Positions 1 to 12,268 of a DNA stretch of 64,000 bases are shown here, piece after piece. Below the pieces are notes generated by a model that saw only the letters and a list, made by a program, of their open reading frames with translations, ran no database searches and was not told where the DNA came from. Both the position numbers and the translations under genes were made by a program. How positions within the stretch are numbered: position 1 is the stretch's first letter; the number at the start of each line of letters is the position of its first letter. The stretch comes from Sphaerodactylus townsendi (lineage: Eukaryota), in assembly GCF_021028975.2 (NCBI RefSeq), contig NC_059439.1:24056001-24120000 (forward strand), written 5' to 3'.

Positions 1-544
1 TTTTTCTATCTCCTCAATATCCTTTTTGAGATGTGACAACCAGAACAGAACACAGTACTCCCAAGAGAGTTCTCCATTTTATTTGCCGGCATCGCCGACA
101 AATAAAAAGATAGGTATTCTAGATCTACCAAGTGTGGGGCTATGAACATTTACCTCCATTGGAGCAGGAGCTAGAAGATGATTTTAAAAGAGCTTGAATA
201 AGGTTGGGACCAAGACAGAACCCTGCATGACTCCTCCCCTCTAATGTAGACAGAAGGAAAATGCACTATATGTTGACAGTTGCAGAAAACCCAAATGAAA
301 ATGAACTTTCAAAAAAGTTTGCAGTTTGAGTAACAAAGACCTCTTTTGAAAAATGTTTGACAATATTTCTCACTATTTGCAATCAACTTGGAATCTGGTT
401 CATGTTCATCCAGTATTAGACATCAGTTTTGCAGAGGTGTTCTAGCTAGTTTGATTAATTTATGAACTCTACTGAGTTTAGTTGACAAATAAATGAACAA
501 TATGGACAGTTTGCTAGACCTAAAAGACACTGCCTCTTTTGCAG

Positions 545-1456
545 ACATGCCTGACTGTTCCCAATGCTCCGCTGGTCATTTTCCACACAAGAACCAGAAC
601 TATTGCATTCCCAAGATGATCAGCTTCTTATCTTATGAAGAACCTTTGGGAGCTGGTTTTCTCTGTGTTTCTTTGACTCTGTCTTTCATCACAGTCTTAG
701 TACTTGGAATATTTATAAAGCACCACAGCACCCCCATAGTAAAAGCGAACAACAGTAAGCTGACATACACTCTTCTCAATTCACTTCTTCTATGCTTCCT
801 TTGTGCCTTACTATTCATTGGCAAACCTGGAAAGATAATGTGTCTCCTTCGCCAAACTGCCTTTGGCATCATTTTCTCCATTGCAGTTTCTTCCGTGTTA
901 GCAAAAACAATCACAGTGACTGTGGCTTTCATGGCCACCAAACCTGGAAGCCGGATGAGGAAATGGGTGGGGAAAAGGCTATCTGTTTCCATTGTTCTTT
1001 CCTGCTCTATGATTCAAGTAGGCATCTGTATCATTTGGCTAGTAAAATCCCCCCCATTCCCAGATGTTGACATGCATTCAATGACAGAAGAAGTTGTATT
1101 AGAATGTAACGATGCTTCTCCTACCATGTTTTACTGTGTCTTGGGCTATATGGGCCTCCTGGCTAGTGTGAGCTTCCTGGTGGCTTTCATTGCTAGGAAG
1201 CTACCCGACAGTTTTAATGAAGCCAAGTTCATCACATTCAGCATGCTGATCTTTTGCACCGTTTGGTTATCCTTTGTTCCAGCCTACCTGAGTATCGTCA
1301 AAGGAAATACATTGGTGGCTGTTGAGATCTTCTCTATCTTAGCCTCCAGCGCTGGCTTTCATTGGAGCTTCATCTTTTTCCAAATGCTTCATTATTGTGC
1401 TTAGACCTGAACTGGCAGATCACAGAGAGCAGCTACTAAGGGCGAAAAATCAATGA
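545..1456 (+). pseudogene. V2R gene A, exon 6 (end of cysteine-rich domain plus 7TM); frame disrupted near the 3' end (pseudogene or assembly error)
   Basis: Acceptor ttttgcag|AC at 545. Class C GPCR 7TM motifs [33 protein letters not shown]. Several small indels at ~1295-1450 relative to paralogue B; the homologous stop TGA is at 1454-1456. Confidence 0.8.
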
Positions 1457-1489
1457 ACTTGTTGGATTCAGCTTGAGGTAGTATATCTT

Positions 1490-1957
1490 TGGTCATGCAT
1501 CGCCTCCAGTCGCCTCTATCGCCGGTGAGTTTCAGCCGCGCAGGCCTGCTCGCGACGAAGCGCGGCGAGCAGGCGCAGGGGAAGTCGGTAGAAGGGTATG
1601 CTCAAGATGAGTCGCCAGTTCTCCTCATTGCCGCCGGAATACAGCTCCTCGCCATCGCCCCACCCCTGGAGGTCGGAGGACAGTGTGGGCGGGCTGGCGA
1701 CGCCTACAGACCTAATGCAGAAGGACACGGTAAGTGGAGGGGGAATAGCTGCCCGCGGCGCTGTTCGCATCACGCTGTAGGAAGACGCCTTCAACAACAA
1801 CCCTTTAGCAGTTGTTTAGGGCGTCTGAGGTCAGCCTCTGCGGGAGGTGGAAGCGATACGCTGCTGCTGCAGAAGCGGCGCTTGGCAGCGGGACGCTGCC
1901 TGGGGGCGGCGCTTTAACGCCTCCCCAGGTCAAGCCAGATGGGCCGCAGAAACGGCC
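1490..1957. mobile_element. GC/CpG-rich non-autonomous Harbinger-like element in the gene A 3' UTR
   Basis: Shares the core cccctggaggtcggaggacag and an aacaaccctt hairpin with the 11826 and 39749 elements; absent from the paralogous site 3' of gene B. Confidence 0.7.
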
Positions 1958-2361
1958 GTAGTTTCATAGCAGTGGAATCATTTCATAGAAGTGTAAACAC
2001 TGATACTTCCTACCACCACTATTGTTAAATAACTTTTCCTTCATTTCCTTAAGACTATGCGAACAGTTCGGATTGCACTTATGCTTCTGGTGGCTTAAAT
2101 GCATGGATATGAAAATTCATATACATAGTTCCTTCAATTTTCCTCAAACACCAGAGGGCAGCTAACAGGGAAAGAGCAGTGAAGAAGTTTTACCCTCATG
2201 AGTAACTGAATTTTGTAATATTTTCATGAAAATTGTTCCTCAAGGTTATAAATACAGCCACTTCCATATGGCTTGCATTAACAGTAAAGCTGTTAACACT
2301 TCCAAAACAGGAGTTTTTGCCCTTTCTTGGATGCTTAGTGGATATATTGCAGTATATTACT

Positions 2362-2659
2362 GGAGCAGCAGCATGCAGGAGGTTAAGAGCCTGCATCTAA
2401 TCTGAGGAACTGGTTTGATTCCCAGCCTCTGTCAGCTTCTGAGCTGTGGGAGGCTTATCTGGGAATTCAGATTAGCCTGTGCACCTCCCACACACGCCAG
2501 CTGGGTGACCTTGGCCACAGCTCGAGGCCCTCTCAGCCCCACCTACCTCACAGGGTGTTTGTTGTGAGGGGGGAAGGGCAAGGAGATTGTCAGCCCCTTT
2601 GAGTCTCCTGCAGGAGAGAAAGGGGGGATATAAATCCAAACTCTTCTTCTTCTTCTTCT
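2362..2659 (+). mobile_element. tRNA-derived squamate SINE (Squam3-like)
   Basis: B-box-like ggtttgattcc head, ctgggtgaccttgg core, (CTT)n tail; other copies at 33263 and 41188. Confidence 0.8.
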
Positions 2660-2738
2660 GGTTTAAATGCAGTTATAAGAATCAAAATATGAAGTTCCAT
2701 CACCTCCCCCTGCAAATAAATTGTAAATGTTTACAATT

Positions 2739-2882
2739 GGCCCTCTTCCAAGACATCGCTAAAAATAATGCTGCCAAACCACTTTCACAACTGTTTGCAA
2801 GTGGATTTTGCCATTCCGCACAGCTTCAAAGAGCACTGAAAGCAGTTTGAAAGTGCATTATTCTGCATGTGCGGAATGAGCC
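2739..2882. mobile_element. 141-bp-family MITE (noisy 5' end)
   Basis: Matches the other copies from ~2775 onward. Confidence 0.7.
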
Positions 2883-4589
2883 AAAATGAATTCGAAAAAT
2901 GCTTGTTTAGTGAGTCTGAGGAATACACTTGCTTACCTAATCTCCTTAATGAAATATTGGTGTAAAGTACTTCAGAATAGCATTTTCCCTTGTTTAGAAT
3001 ATTCCCATAATGGGGATAAATAATAATTACAGTCTTCATCTTTTTTTTTTAGTTCACAAGCTGGTTTGCAATTTTTATAAATATATTCATAACCTAAAGA
3101 CATGGTTATACATACTATATTAAATTCCAATTTAATGGTGCATCAATGATAAAGTCTTTGAATTAAATGACTGTTCTGTTTCTTGTTTTATAAGAATGGG
3201 TGTGACTAAAATTAAAACAAAACTCATTTTAAACTGTCTCTGTCATACACACGCACATCCAAGCACACGTGCACAAGCACACAAAAATAAACGAAAGGCA
3301 CGGTTGAAATAAATTCAGGTCTTACATTCGCTGAAATAGCAATGCTGAGGAAATGCTTTCCATTCTCATTCAAAACGATCACGTAATTTTTACTGCTGTT
3401 GGTTTGTATTGCCCAGAAAATAAAGGTTTTTGCCATTAAAATGTTCTAGATTCTAAGTGGATTATGATCAAAGCAGCAGATCACACACACACACACAGTG
3501 CGAGGAAATTAACAGTGTTGAGAGGAAAGGTATGGAATAGATGAAGGGAATTGAGGATTAAGGGTTTAGTCACCTGATCTTGGAGTAGAAAGGTCCATTG
3601 AGCAGAAGAGCTCAGTGACACACATTTACCTCTAGTAGAAGACAGAAAATGCATCATGGGACAATATCAACAGAGAGGTATCCAGAGATATTGAACACTG
3701 GCTATTTGGAGAGTGGGCAAAAAGGGACTCTCAGGGTTATGCAGTGTGGCCCTTAATCTCTCAGGGCAAAGAGATGTCCTGCTTTTCCAGGGTAAGACAA
3801 AAGAAAGTCATCCATCAGAATGGTTTGAGTCATTAATCTTATGGTTGAGGCATTAGCTTGATTCATCAAGCTTGGGAATGCCTGAAGGTGGGAAGAAACT
3901 GATGAAATTGCAGTTTGTATAACAATGACAATGTAAATGAGGTCATCATTGAAGACAGATGAGTCAGATGAAGAGGTTTTGGGGTTAATACCTTACTGGC
4001 AGGAGCACTTGAGGTAAATACATTAACTAGTCCTTTGCGTTCAAGGGGTGGAGATGGGAAATGGCACCTTCCAAGGGACTTGTGTTTTCGTAATTTCCAA
4101 GGGGCTAATGTTTTCTTAACAAGAAATGTGTTTTTCTTAATCTCTTTAGGAAGTGTGTGTGACAGGTATTTTTCATGGGAAATACAGGCGAGGACAATTT
4201 CAGACAAGATTTTACTTTGTCCTTGTGGATACATTAGCCAGTGCAGAGAACGGGCTCCCATTTTGGAAAGGGACTGCTAAGCACCCCAAGGGTTGGTAGG
4301 ATGGGTAGATGGGTCTAAAAAACAGGGTCGCCCTAACCCAACATGACTCAGTCTGGTAACAACTCCTTCTAAAAAAACTTCAAGGATTTCAACAATTTCT
4401 TATGAAACAAATTTCTTAATCTTCAAAAAGCAATACTCTCAATTGATGGTCCCCAACCTTAGAAATACCCAGCTGTGTTTCACCAGGGCTGGAGATGACC
4501 TCTACTTTAACCTGAAATGATTTAATCCTACTTTTTACACATTTCAAAACAACACTTGTTCCTCAAAATTCAACTGACAGTTGAGAAGT

Positions 4590-4973
4590 TGGGTCCCCAG
4601 TAATTACCAAAAGGACTTTAATTAATTCTATTGCTTCCTAAATTCTCTGTGGACAACAAGCAGCCAGGAGCAGAACTACTTAGCACAAAAGTGGCAGGTG
4701 ACAAATGTTCCTGTTTGTTTCTGAACTAGCTAGAGGCAGAGGTCTACTGGGGGGATGGATGCAACTTCATAAATAAACTCCTGACTTCAGTCCTATCAGT
4801 GCTAGGTTGATCCCTTTTCAGGGCAACGGAATCATGGAAACTATTGATTATCTTCTTGTAAAACAGATGGCACAGATTGAACAATAGAAAGTGTAACAGC
4901 ACCACCATACTAGCATTTCTGCTATAAATGCAACCCTGGGAGCCAATTATCAGAAACAAAGTTTGCAACTGGG
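4590..4973 (+). promoter_or_regulatory. Putative V2R proximal promoter of gene B (conserved upstream of C, D, E, F)
   Basis: Block ggtcccc..gtaattac..aaa....taattaattct recurs ~320-390 bp upstream of all five ATGs; TATA-like ctataaat ~50 bp upstream; ccctgggag O/E-like site. Confidence 0.55.
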
Positions 4974-5191
4974 ATGCTGATCTTAGTGATGGTGGCGTTA
5001 CTGGTTTTCAGTCGTGTTGTGGGAAAGGTTCATGTTTCTCAATGCGTTGCTGTGGATAGCTCCCCCATTCTTCGTATGTATCTTCAGCCAGGAGATCTTA
5101 TCATTGGTGCTATTGTATCTCAGACACTTTTTGGCTCAGATCCTAAAGACTTCAAGTGCCAATCACATGGGATGCTATCTGAAGAGTTTGT
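4974..5191 (+). CDS. V2R gene B exon 1 (signal peptide, start of Venus flytrap domain)
   Basis: ATG MLILVMVALLVFS hydrophobic leader, YLQPGDLIIGAI motif, donor GT|gtacgt; 218 bp, phase 2. Confidence 0.9.
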
Positions 5192-5544
5192 GTACGTAAT
5201 TTTTGACTTCCTTTCGTTGTACCATGTGCATACTTTATACTTTCTACCTGAATAATCATATAGGTTACCTTCACATGTTTTCGTTTCCATTCCTAGAGAT
5301 TGGGTCAGACCCAGATCAGCACCACCATTACACGCAGAGACATATCAAAAGAGGAAGGATGTCAGGCAACCACAGGACTTTCTCTAATAGAAGAGGTTTC
5401 TCATGATCATAGGCAACTGAGGAGTTGGTTGTTGTGATAGTTTGGTCCCCAAGTATGTAGTGCTTCGAACAGGAATGCTTAATGCTACATTGAATAAATC
5501 AAAATTATCCATCACAACTTCTGCCCATTGGACTGTCTATTATT

Positions 5545-6660
5545 CATCATTCAATTTATTACATTAATATTAATGCTCTATTAATCAATATGGTTATATT
5601 GACAGAGTTCAAGCTTGATATGTTTGTTTAATCCAGTTTTCATTTGAATATACATAGATCCCTATCGCTATATTTTAAAATATGATCTTTTCTGGAAAAA
5701 GCAGCAAACTGCACAAAAATTGATTTTAAATGTTCCTTGTCCTCCCCTTAACCTTTAGTTAAACCATAAACTAAAGGCATTTGTTTAATGTTACACTAAA
5801 AAAATATACTCATAGCCCTAAAAGATGGAAAATGCAGAGCAGATGTTGTATCAGTTTTATAAATAAAGTGCCCAGCTAGAATTTTCTTGGCACAGGATAG
5901 CACCAGTACTAGTCTTGAATTTAAACAGTTGAATGGTTTGGAACTGTTTGTTCAATAAGAGCGGCTTAAGTTGCAGACATGTAAGGTGAATAATATCTTC
6001 TTAACAGTAGAGAACTGTATTGGAGAATTCTTTGTTCTTTTTTGAGGAATATCCTAGTCCTTTCTTTGATAATTGTGACTTCTGACCATTAGGTTATCTA
6101 TTTTTTGTCTGCTTCATCCAATCTATTACATTAATATTAATGTTCTATTAATCAATATGGTTATAATGAAAGGCTTCACACTGGATATGTTTAACTAATT
6201 CAGTTGTCTGTTGAATATTCATAGATCGCTATCTCTGTATTTTTTAATGTTGTCTTGTCTGGAAAAAGCAGGAAACTACACAAAAACTGATTTTAAATAT
6301 TCCTTGTCCTCCCTTTAACCTTAAGTTAAACCATAAATTATAGGCATTTATTTAATGTTAAACTAAAAAAAATACTCATAGCCCTAAAAGATGGTAAAAT
6401 GCAGAGCAGCTGTTGAATCAGTTTTACCAATAAAGTGCCCACATAGAGTTGCCTCGGCACAGGATAGCACCAATGCCGGTCTTGAATCTAAAACAGTTGA
6501 ACTGTCTGAAACTGTTGAATAACAGTGGCTTAGGTTGCAGAAGTGTATGGTGAATAATATCCTCTTAATATCCGAGAGCTGTATTAGAGAATGCTGCTCT
6601 TGATCATTGTTCTTCTTGAAGAGTATCCTAGTCCTTTCTTTGATGATTGTGAACCAGCCT
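5545..6660 (+). repeat. Diverged ~570-bp tandem duplication in gene B intron 1
   Basis: ~5550-6085 and ~6120-6655 are colinear; gene C intron 1 has a single copy. Confidence 0.85.
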
Positions 6661-7170
6661 GTTTTCTGAATTTGGGGATGTTGGCTTCATAACAGCGGCA
6701 TTTATCCAATTACAGATCTGCGTGTGTGGTGGCCTCCCCTCCTCAGTCTCCTCAGAAAGGGATGGATAGGTGGAGTGGGATATGTGTTATTATCAGTGAT
6801 TTGAGGTTCTGTCAGATGCACCTTCTGTGTATGTGTATGTTCACTGCTACACATAGTCCCCCCCCCACCTCCTAGCCTTCTTGCTGCGTCAGGAATTTGA
6901 TCTGTTTTGGTTATGAATTCTTTTTGTCATTTTCTTGAAGGAAAAATTTATTGAAGGAAAAAAGATGTTTATTTGCTAAGAAAGAGCTGTGCTTTCCAGA
7001 AGCACAGACACATAAATATCAGAAACAAGTTAAAAGAAACAGAACCAAGGGCTAAGGTCTATGAAATACTGGGTTTTCCTTCCTTGGAAAGGAATGGACA
7101 TAATCAAACTAAAGCTTCGCATTTGAGTCTTGTTGAAGCAGCCTTCATGTTTGCTTATTTACTTGCCTTT

Positions 7171-7321
7171 GACCCCTTCCGCACATGCAGAATAATGCAC
7201 TTTCAATCCACTTTCAGAATTGTTCGCAAGTGGATTTTCCTATTCCACACAGTAAAATCCAGGTCCAACATGCATTCAAAGTGGATTGAAAGTGCATTAT
7301 TCTGCATGTGTGGAAGGAGCC
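7171..7321. mobile_element. Related Harbinger-type MITE subfamily
   Basis: Same TIR type, longer internal inverted repeat, ttt/ttt TSD. Confidence 0.7.
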
Positions 7322-7507
7322 TTTGCCTTTCACATCCTTCCAGAGCGGGTTTGAAAACTTTTAATTCTTTCCTTCACAGTGAGTAGGGTTTCTTTTTGCC
7401 TGCCCTGAATTATGCTTGAGTTACACATATGCTGCCCTGTACCTTTATGCATTTGTATCAAGTCAGGTATCAGCCATGTTTATTGCCCCAGTCAAAAACT
7501 AGTCTCT

Positions 7508-7648
7508 GGCTCATTCCGCGCATGCAGAATAATGCACGTTCAAACTGCTTTCAGTGCTCTTTGAAGCTGTGTGGAATAGCAAAATCCACTTGCAAACAGT
7601 TGTGAAAGTGGTTTGAAAATGCATTATTTTGCGTGTGCGGAAGGGGCC
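7508..7648. mobile_element. 141-bp PIF/Harbinger-type MITE
   Basis: TIR GGC(T/C)C(A/C)TTCCGCAC; the family has about 10 copies in this window, most with 3-bp TSDs. Confidence 0.8.
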
Positions 7649-8117
7649 TATGTTTCCGTTACTTGGCAGATGGGAAAACAGTCCACCTTATCCTGCCTTT
7701 TTGTTTCCACAAAGGGGAACCAATTTATCTCATTCAAGGGTTTTATTTGCAGAATTCCAGTGTGAAAGCATATTTAAATCTGATGCTGGGGATGAGAGCC
7801 ATGATATAATTGAAAGAGATGACTCATTTCTCTAATCTGGGGTAATAACAATGTTGTCAGTCAAGCTTACGCCAAATATGAACCATGTTCAGGTATTACA
7901 TACATACTTACTCCAAATATAAACCATATTCAGGTATTACATACAACCATATTCAGGTATTACATACATAGCTAAGGCTTGAATAATAATTGTCACACAA
8001 ATGTTGTCTGGAGATTTCACAGTGCAATATCAATAAAAGCAGTTATATGGCTTAGTGGATTTATTTTTTCAAAGGAAAGAATATCTTTATGGTGCAGCCT
8101 ATAAATATTTATTGCAG

Positions 8118-8409
8118 GTTCATGCCTCAGAACTACCAGCATATCCTCGCCCTAGCATTTGCTGTCAAAGAGATCAATGAAAATCCACACATCTTGCTAA
8201 ATCTCACCCTGGGGTTCCATATCTATGACAGCAATTTGAATCCAAGAGTGACATATCGTGCAGCCCTGCAACATATTTCCCCAAGGAACAGATTTGTCCC
8301 CAACTACAGGTGTCATATCCAGGACAATGTACAAGCAGTTCTTGAGGATATTAATTCACATGATTCAAAACTTGTTCAATATCTTTTTAGCATTTACAAG
8401 ATTCCACAG
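8118..8409 (+). CDS. V2R gene B exon 2
   Basis: ttgcag|G ... CAG|gtagg; 292 bp; NYQHILALAFAVKEINENP, NLTLGFHIYDS, PNYRC, KIPQ. Confidence 0.93.
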
Positions 8410-9417
8410 GTAGGCAATTGGGGTAGGATGCACAATTTAACCAGTTATTTACCTGCACCATTACACCTTTTTTACATTATCATGGTCTGATTGAATCTGT
8501 TTTATTAATAAGAAAATATGGTGTAAGCATTCCTTGAAAGATTGTTTCCTGCCTTCATACTTCGTCATGCTAATATTCCTCTCTGGAGCAGTTCAGAGTG
8601 TATGTTATGAAGAGAACTGTATTTTTTTAAAAAATAAAGCATTCCTTAAATATATTATCAAGATTAATTTAAATACTGTATGTAGTTCATACAACAGTAG
8701 ATACATTTCTAAATTGATCAAAACTCTCTGAATGGTTCACTTTTACACTAGTAGCCTATTCTGTTTTAAATCATGTAACAATGGTAATTAACAGTGCCTC
8801 AGTGCATTAACATCAGCCATTTTCTGGAGATGTGAAAGTAGTTTTTTTGAAAGCAGTGTGTTGTCCTAGCACACTACTAAAGATATTACAGAAGTAGCAT
8901 CACGTCCAACAATGAGCTCCCACTTCAACAGAGTCATGAAGCAGAATTATAATGAGGAATACTTTGCATTCCTCTTGCCTTCCAACCCCCATAAGGGGAA
9001 GTAGGATGTACCCATTGCTTACACTGTGTATGAATACTCATATTCTAGCTTGCTGTGGTTGCTAAAGGAAATAAGAAGCAAGAAACTGCTAATAGTTCTG
9101 GGATGTGGTGTTTTGCCCTTTCTCCCACACTGAGAAAGGCCATCATCTGCTCAATAGTATTGCTACTAGGTTGCGGGGGGGGGATCTCTGTTTCTGCCTA
9201 CTTGGGACATTAAGACATGGGAGCCTTCGTCAAGGGAGTCCACCATTTTGTCAGATTTATAGCATCTCCTTTGAACATTCCCAGACTGGCAATATGGTCC
9301 TGAATTCCATGGTAATGTACAGAAGTAGCTGTGAGTTTAGCCTGGTTTAATTGGTCCTGCAAAAAATTATTGTTCATTTGCTGGCTTAAAGAAAAGCTAC
9401 CTCTACCTTTCATGATA

Positions 9418-9418
<1 letters not shown>

Positions 9419-9457
<39 letters not shown>

Positions 9458-9478
9458 TATATGCCTGCCTGCCTGCCT
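9419..9478. repeat. (TCTG)n / (GCCT)n microsatellite
   Basis: Direct reading. Confidence 0.9.
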
Positions 9479-9586
9479 GTTGCATTAGATTATGTTCTGA
9501 AACATTTCTTATAGTCCAGATAAGAAATAATTAAATATAACACCGCACCAAACAGTACCTGTTTCATTTTTAAAATCTTTCTTTAG

Positions 9587-10435
9587 CTTTTGATTGGTTG
9601 TGCTCCTCTGATGATGGATAACACACAGCTCCCATTCCTGTATAACATGGACCTGAATAAAACCCAGAAGTACCTGGGAATTCTTCAATTGCTTCTGCAT
9701 TTCAACTGGACATGGATTGGATTCTTTACTCTGATTGGTGTGAATTTAGAATGGTTCATGCAGACCATGTTCCCCATCTTTTCCCAGCTTGGCATCTGTT
9801 TTGCCTTCATGTATTCACAGTCCAGTATGGAAGGCAATGATTATAAGAAAGGCTATCTGAAAAGCTTTTCAAAACTGTATGAAAAAATGATGGGGAGCAG
9901 CGCCAATGTAATTATCTTTGACGGACAAGTTCGTGGCTTTATAGTTGCCAGATGTTTGATAGAATTAACACACATTAAATACATGATGCCAAAACCGAAA
10001 GGCAAAGTATGGATTGTAACAGCACACATGGAATTAAAAACATATAACAATATGCTAAGCTTGGATGTTCAAATCTTCCATGGAATGATATCAGTTGCCC
10101 TTCACTCGAATGAACTTCAGGGATTCCAAGACTTTTTTAAGAGCAGAAAGCCATCCAGTGCGGAGGGAGATGCATTTCTCAAGGACTTCTGGTCATACAC
10201 ATTTCATTGTGGATTTCCAAATTTGGTTCTGGGCAATGTGCATCAGGCTAATTGCACAGGAGATGAGACCCTGAAGGACCTTCCTGCATTAGAAATGAGC
10301 ATGACTGGCCACAGCTACAGCATCTACAATGCGATCTATGCAGTCGCTTATGCTTTGCAGGCTATGCATTCTTCAAAAGTTCAAGCAAGGATGCAAGGAG
10401 AGAGAAGGAAGTTGCTAAATCACCAACCCTGGCAG
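9587..10435 (+). CDS. V2R gene B exon 3
   Basis: ctttag|CTT ... CAG|gtagc; 849 bp open; LLLHFNWTWIG, SYSIYNAIYAVAYAL, QPWQ. Confidence 0.93.
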
Positions 10436-11143
10436 GTAGCACATTTCTTTTGTAATCTGGAAAGCAACCTTGTCACAGGCATTTGCAGCATTTCTGTTCT
10501 TTCTCCTACACTTGAAACAATTGTTTTATATGCATAATGGTGGAGATGAGGTTGACATCACAATAGTACTTCATCCCTGTGATATTTGTTTGTTTATTTG
10601 TTTGATTTCTTATGCCACCCACCTCCAGATGGCTCTGGATGGTTTACAATACATAACAGTTCCATAACATAAAAACAATCATATTGGCAGTGATGTACGT
10701 ACTACCTGTGAGAGAGTTAAAACTCTGAGGATACAGCAGCCAAACTACATGTTACCCCAGACCCCATTTATAAATTGCCATAAGGGTTCAATCCTCACAG
10801 CTTTTTTTGCATTTGAAAATGTGACATACCTGATTTGGCCCTCATGCCAACTTTTGAACCTCTAAACTTTTTCTCTAAGATGAAATTGGCAGGTGTTGGT
10901 TGGGCCCATGACTACTATAACATGTGGTAGAGACAACAATTACTTGGTCATCAGTAACATTCTTATATTTAAGTTCATTTCCTAGCTCCTTCATAGTTGC
11001 CCTCCCCAGTCTCAATCTCCTATATACCAAATATAGAACAATTTCAGTTTCTTCATCATGAGTCTTAAGGTTGTGTACAGTGAGTACTTTTCTCTTGACG
11101 TTGAACTGTAATCCTACTTCGTTGCTTTTTGTTTTAACTTTCA

Positions 11144-11515
11144 TTAGTAATCACCTGCAAAGAGGTAAGGGGAAACTATGGCGTAATCTATTACACTGTA
11201 GCCTCTGTTAGACAGATATTCCCCTGAGTATTTGAATTTACAGAGCCCATTTAAGTACATCATGTCACAAAATATCCATGTGTTGGCTAACTCCTTGCCT
11301 GCATAATTAACAAGGGGGCCTTTCGAATGCCTCAGTTGGGAAAAATTCCAAGGTAGATCTTCAGCATCTAAATCCAATCCCTCAATTAATGCCTGACCAT
11401 CTACTCCCACTCTAGCATTAAAATCGCCTACCAAAACAGTGTTATTGGAGGGAGAATTTTGTTTTATTTTTGCTATGTAATCCAGCATTTGCATCCATCT
11501 TGTATCCTTTTCCAC
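11144..11515 (-). mobile_element. LINE APE endonuclease fragment
   Basis: VLVGDFNARVG and SVIDYAIVS motifs. Confidence 0.75.
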
Positions 11516-11825
11516 TCATCAGTAGTGTGTGTGTGGGGGGGGCAGATAGACATTTCAAGTCTTCTATATCTTCCGCCAATAAGGTGATGCCATCTGTATA
11601 TTTCAAATTGTTGTTCATTCCACAAATATTCCCTCCACCATCATCTAAATCTAATCCAGCTTCAATGAGTGGGGCCAGGATTTTTGAACAATATGTGGTT
11701 GCCGCTGTGAGAGCACTGACGGGAGCTGGGCAGCATGTGCAGCTCTGGGTGGCAGTAAAAGAATGAAGGTGGATTGTTTTTTGGGGGGGGTGGAAACAGC
11801 TTCTGTGCCACTTTCTCTTGCTTCA

Positions 11826-12268
11826 GGCCTTTCCTCAAGACGTTTGGCGCTCCACGCCGCCAAGAGGCGCGGGAGGCGCAGGGCGAGTTCGCTCGCGATG
11901 CAAGTACGCTAATGGGAGAAGCGGAGGCCGGCGATGGCAGGCGGCTCAAGATGGAGTCGCTTCGTTCTTCCTTCAGCCGCATGCCACGCTGCCCTCCCAC
12001 CCCTGGAGGTCGGAGGACAGTGTGGGCGGGTTGCGACGCCTCGCAGGCTTAATTTGGTGAGGACACCGTAAGTGGGTGGGAGACAGCGTTCTGGCGGCGC
12101 TGGGTCGACCGCCAAGGAAGACGCCTTCAACAACAACCCTTTAAAGGGTTGTTGTTTAGGGCGGCTTGACGCCGCCCTGGGGGGAGGGAAGAAGCGTCAG
12201 GTCGCCACTGCTGCGTTGCCTTTTTTGGTGCCCCCAGGCCGTCGTAAAACGGCCATGCAGAAGCGGCC
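11826..12268. mobile_element. GC-rich Harbinger-like element
   Basis: GGCC ends, TSD tca/tca, 28-bp perfect palindrome at 12129-12156. Confidence 0.75.

Noticed and set aside
493-544. In-frame Met extension before exon 6 (MNNMDS..., also in B, D and E) as a standalone 7TM protein
   Set aside because: Intron sequence ending in a polypyrimidine tract and AG acceptor; its similarity is explained by paralogy, with no evidence of an internal start
633-992. Recurrent 100-119 aa antisense ORF (also at 16339, 35949 and 52816)
   Set aside because: Shadow of the conserved V2R exon 6; it recurs only because the sense exon is duplicated
2362-2440. tRNA gene
   Set aside because: tRNA-derived SINE head only; no complete cloverleaf, and it continues into the SINE body and tail
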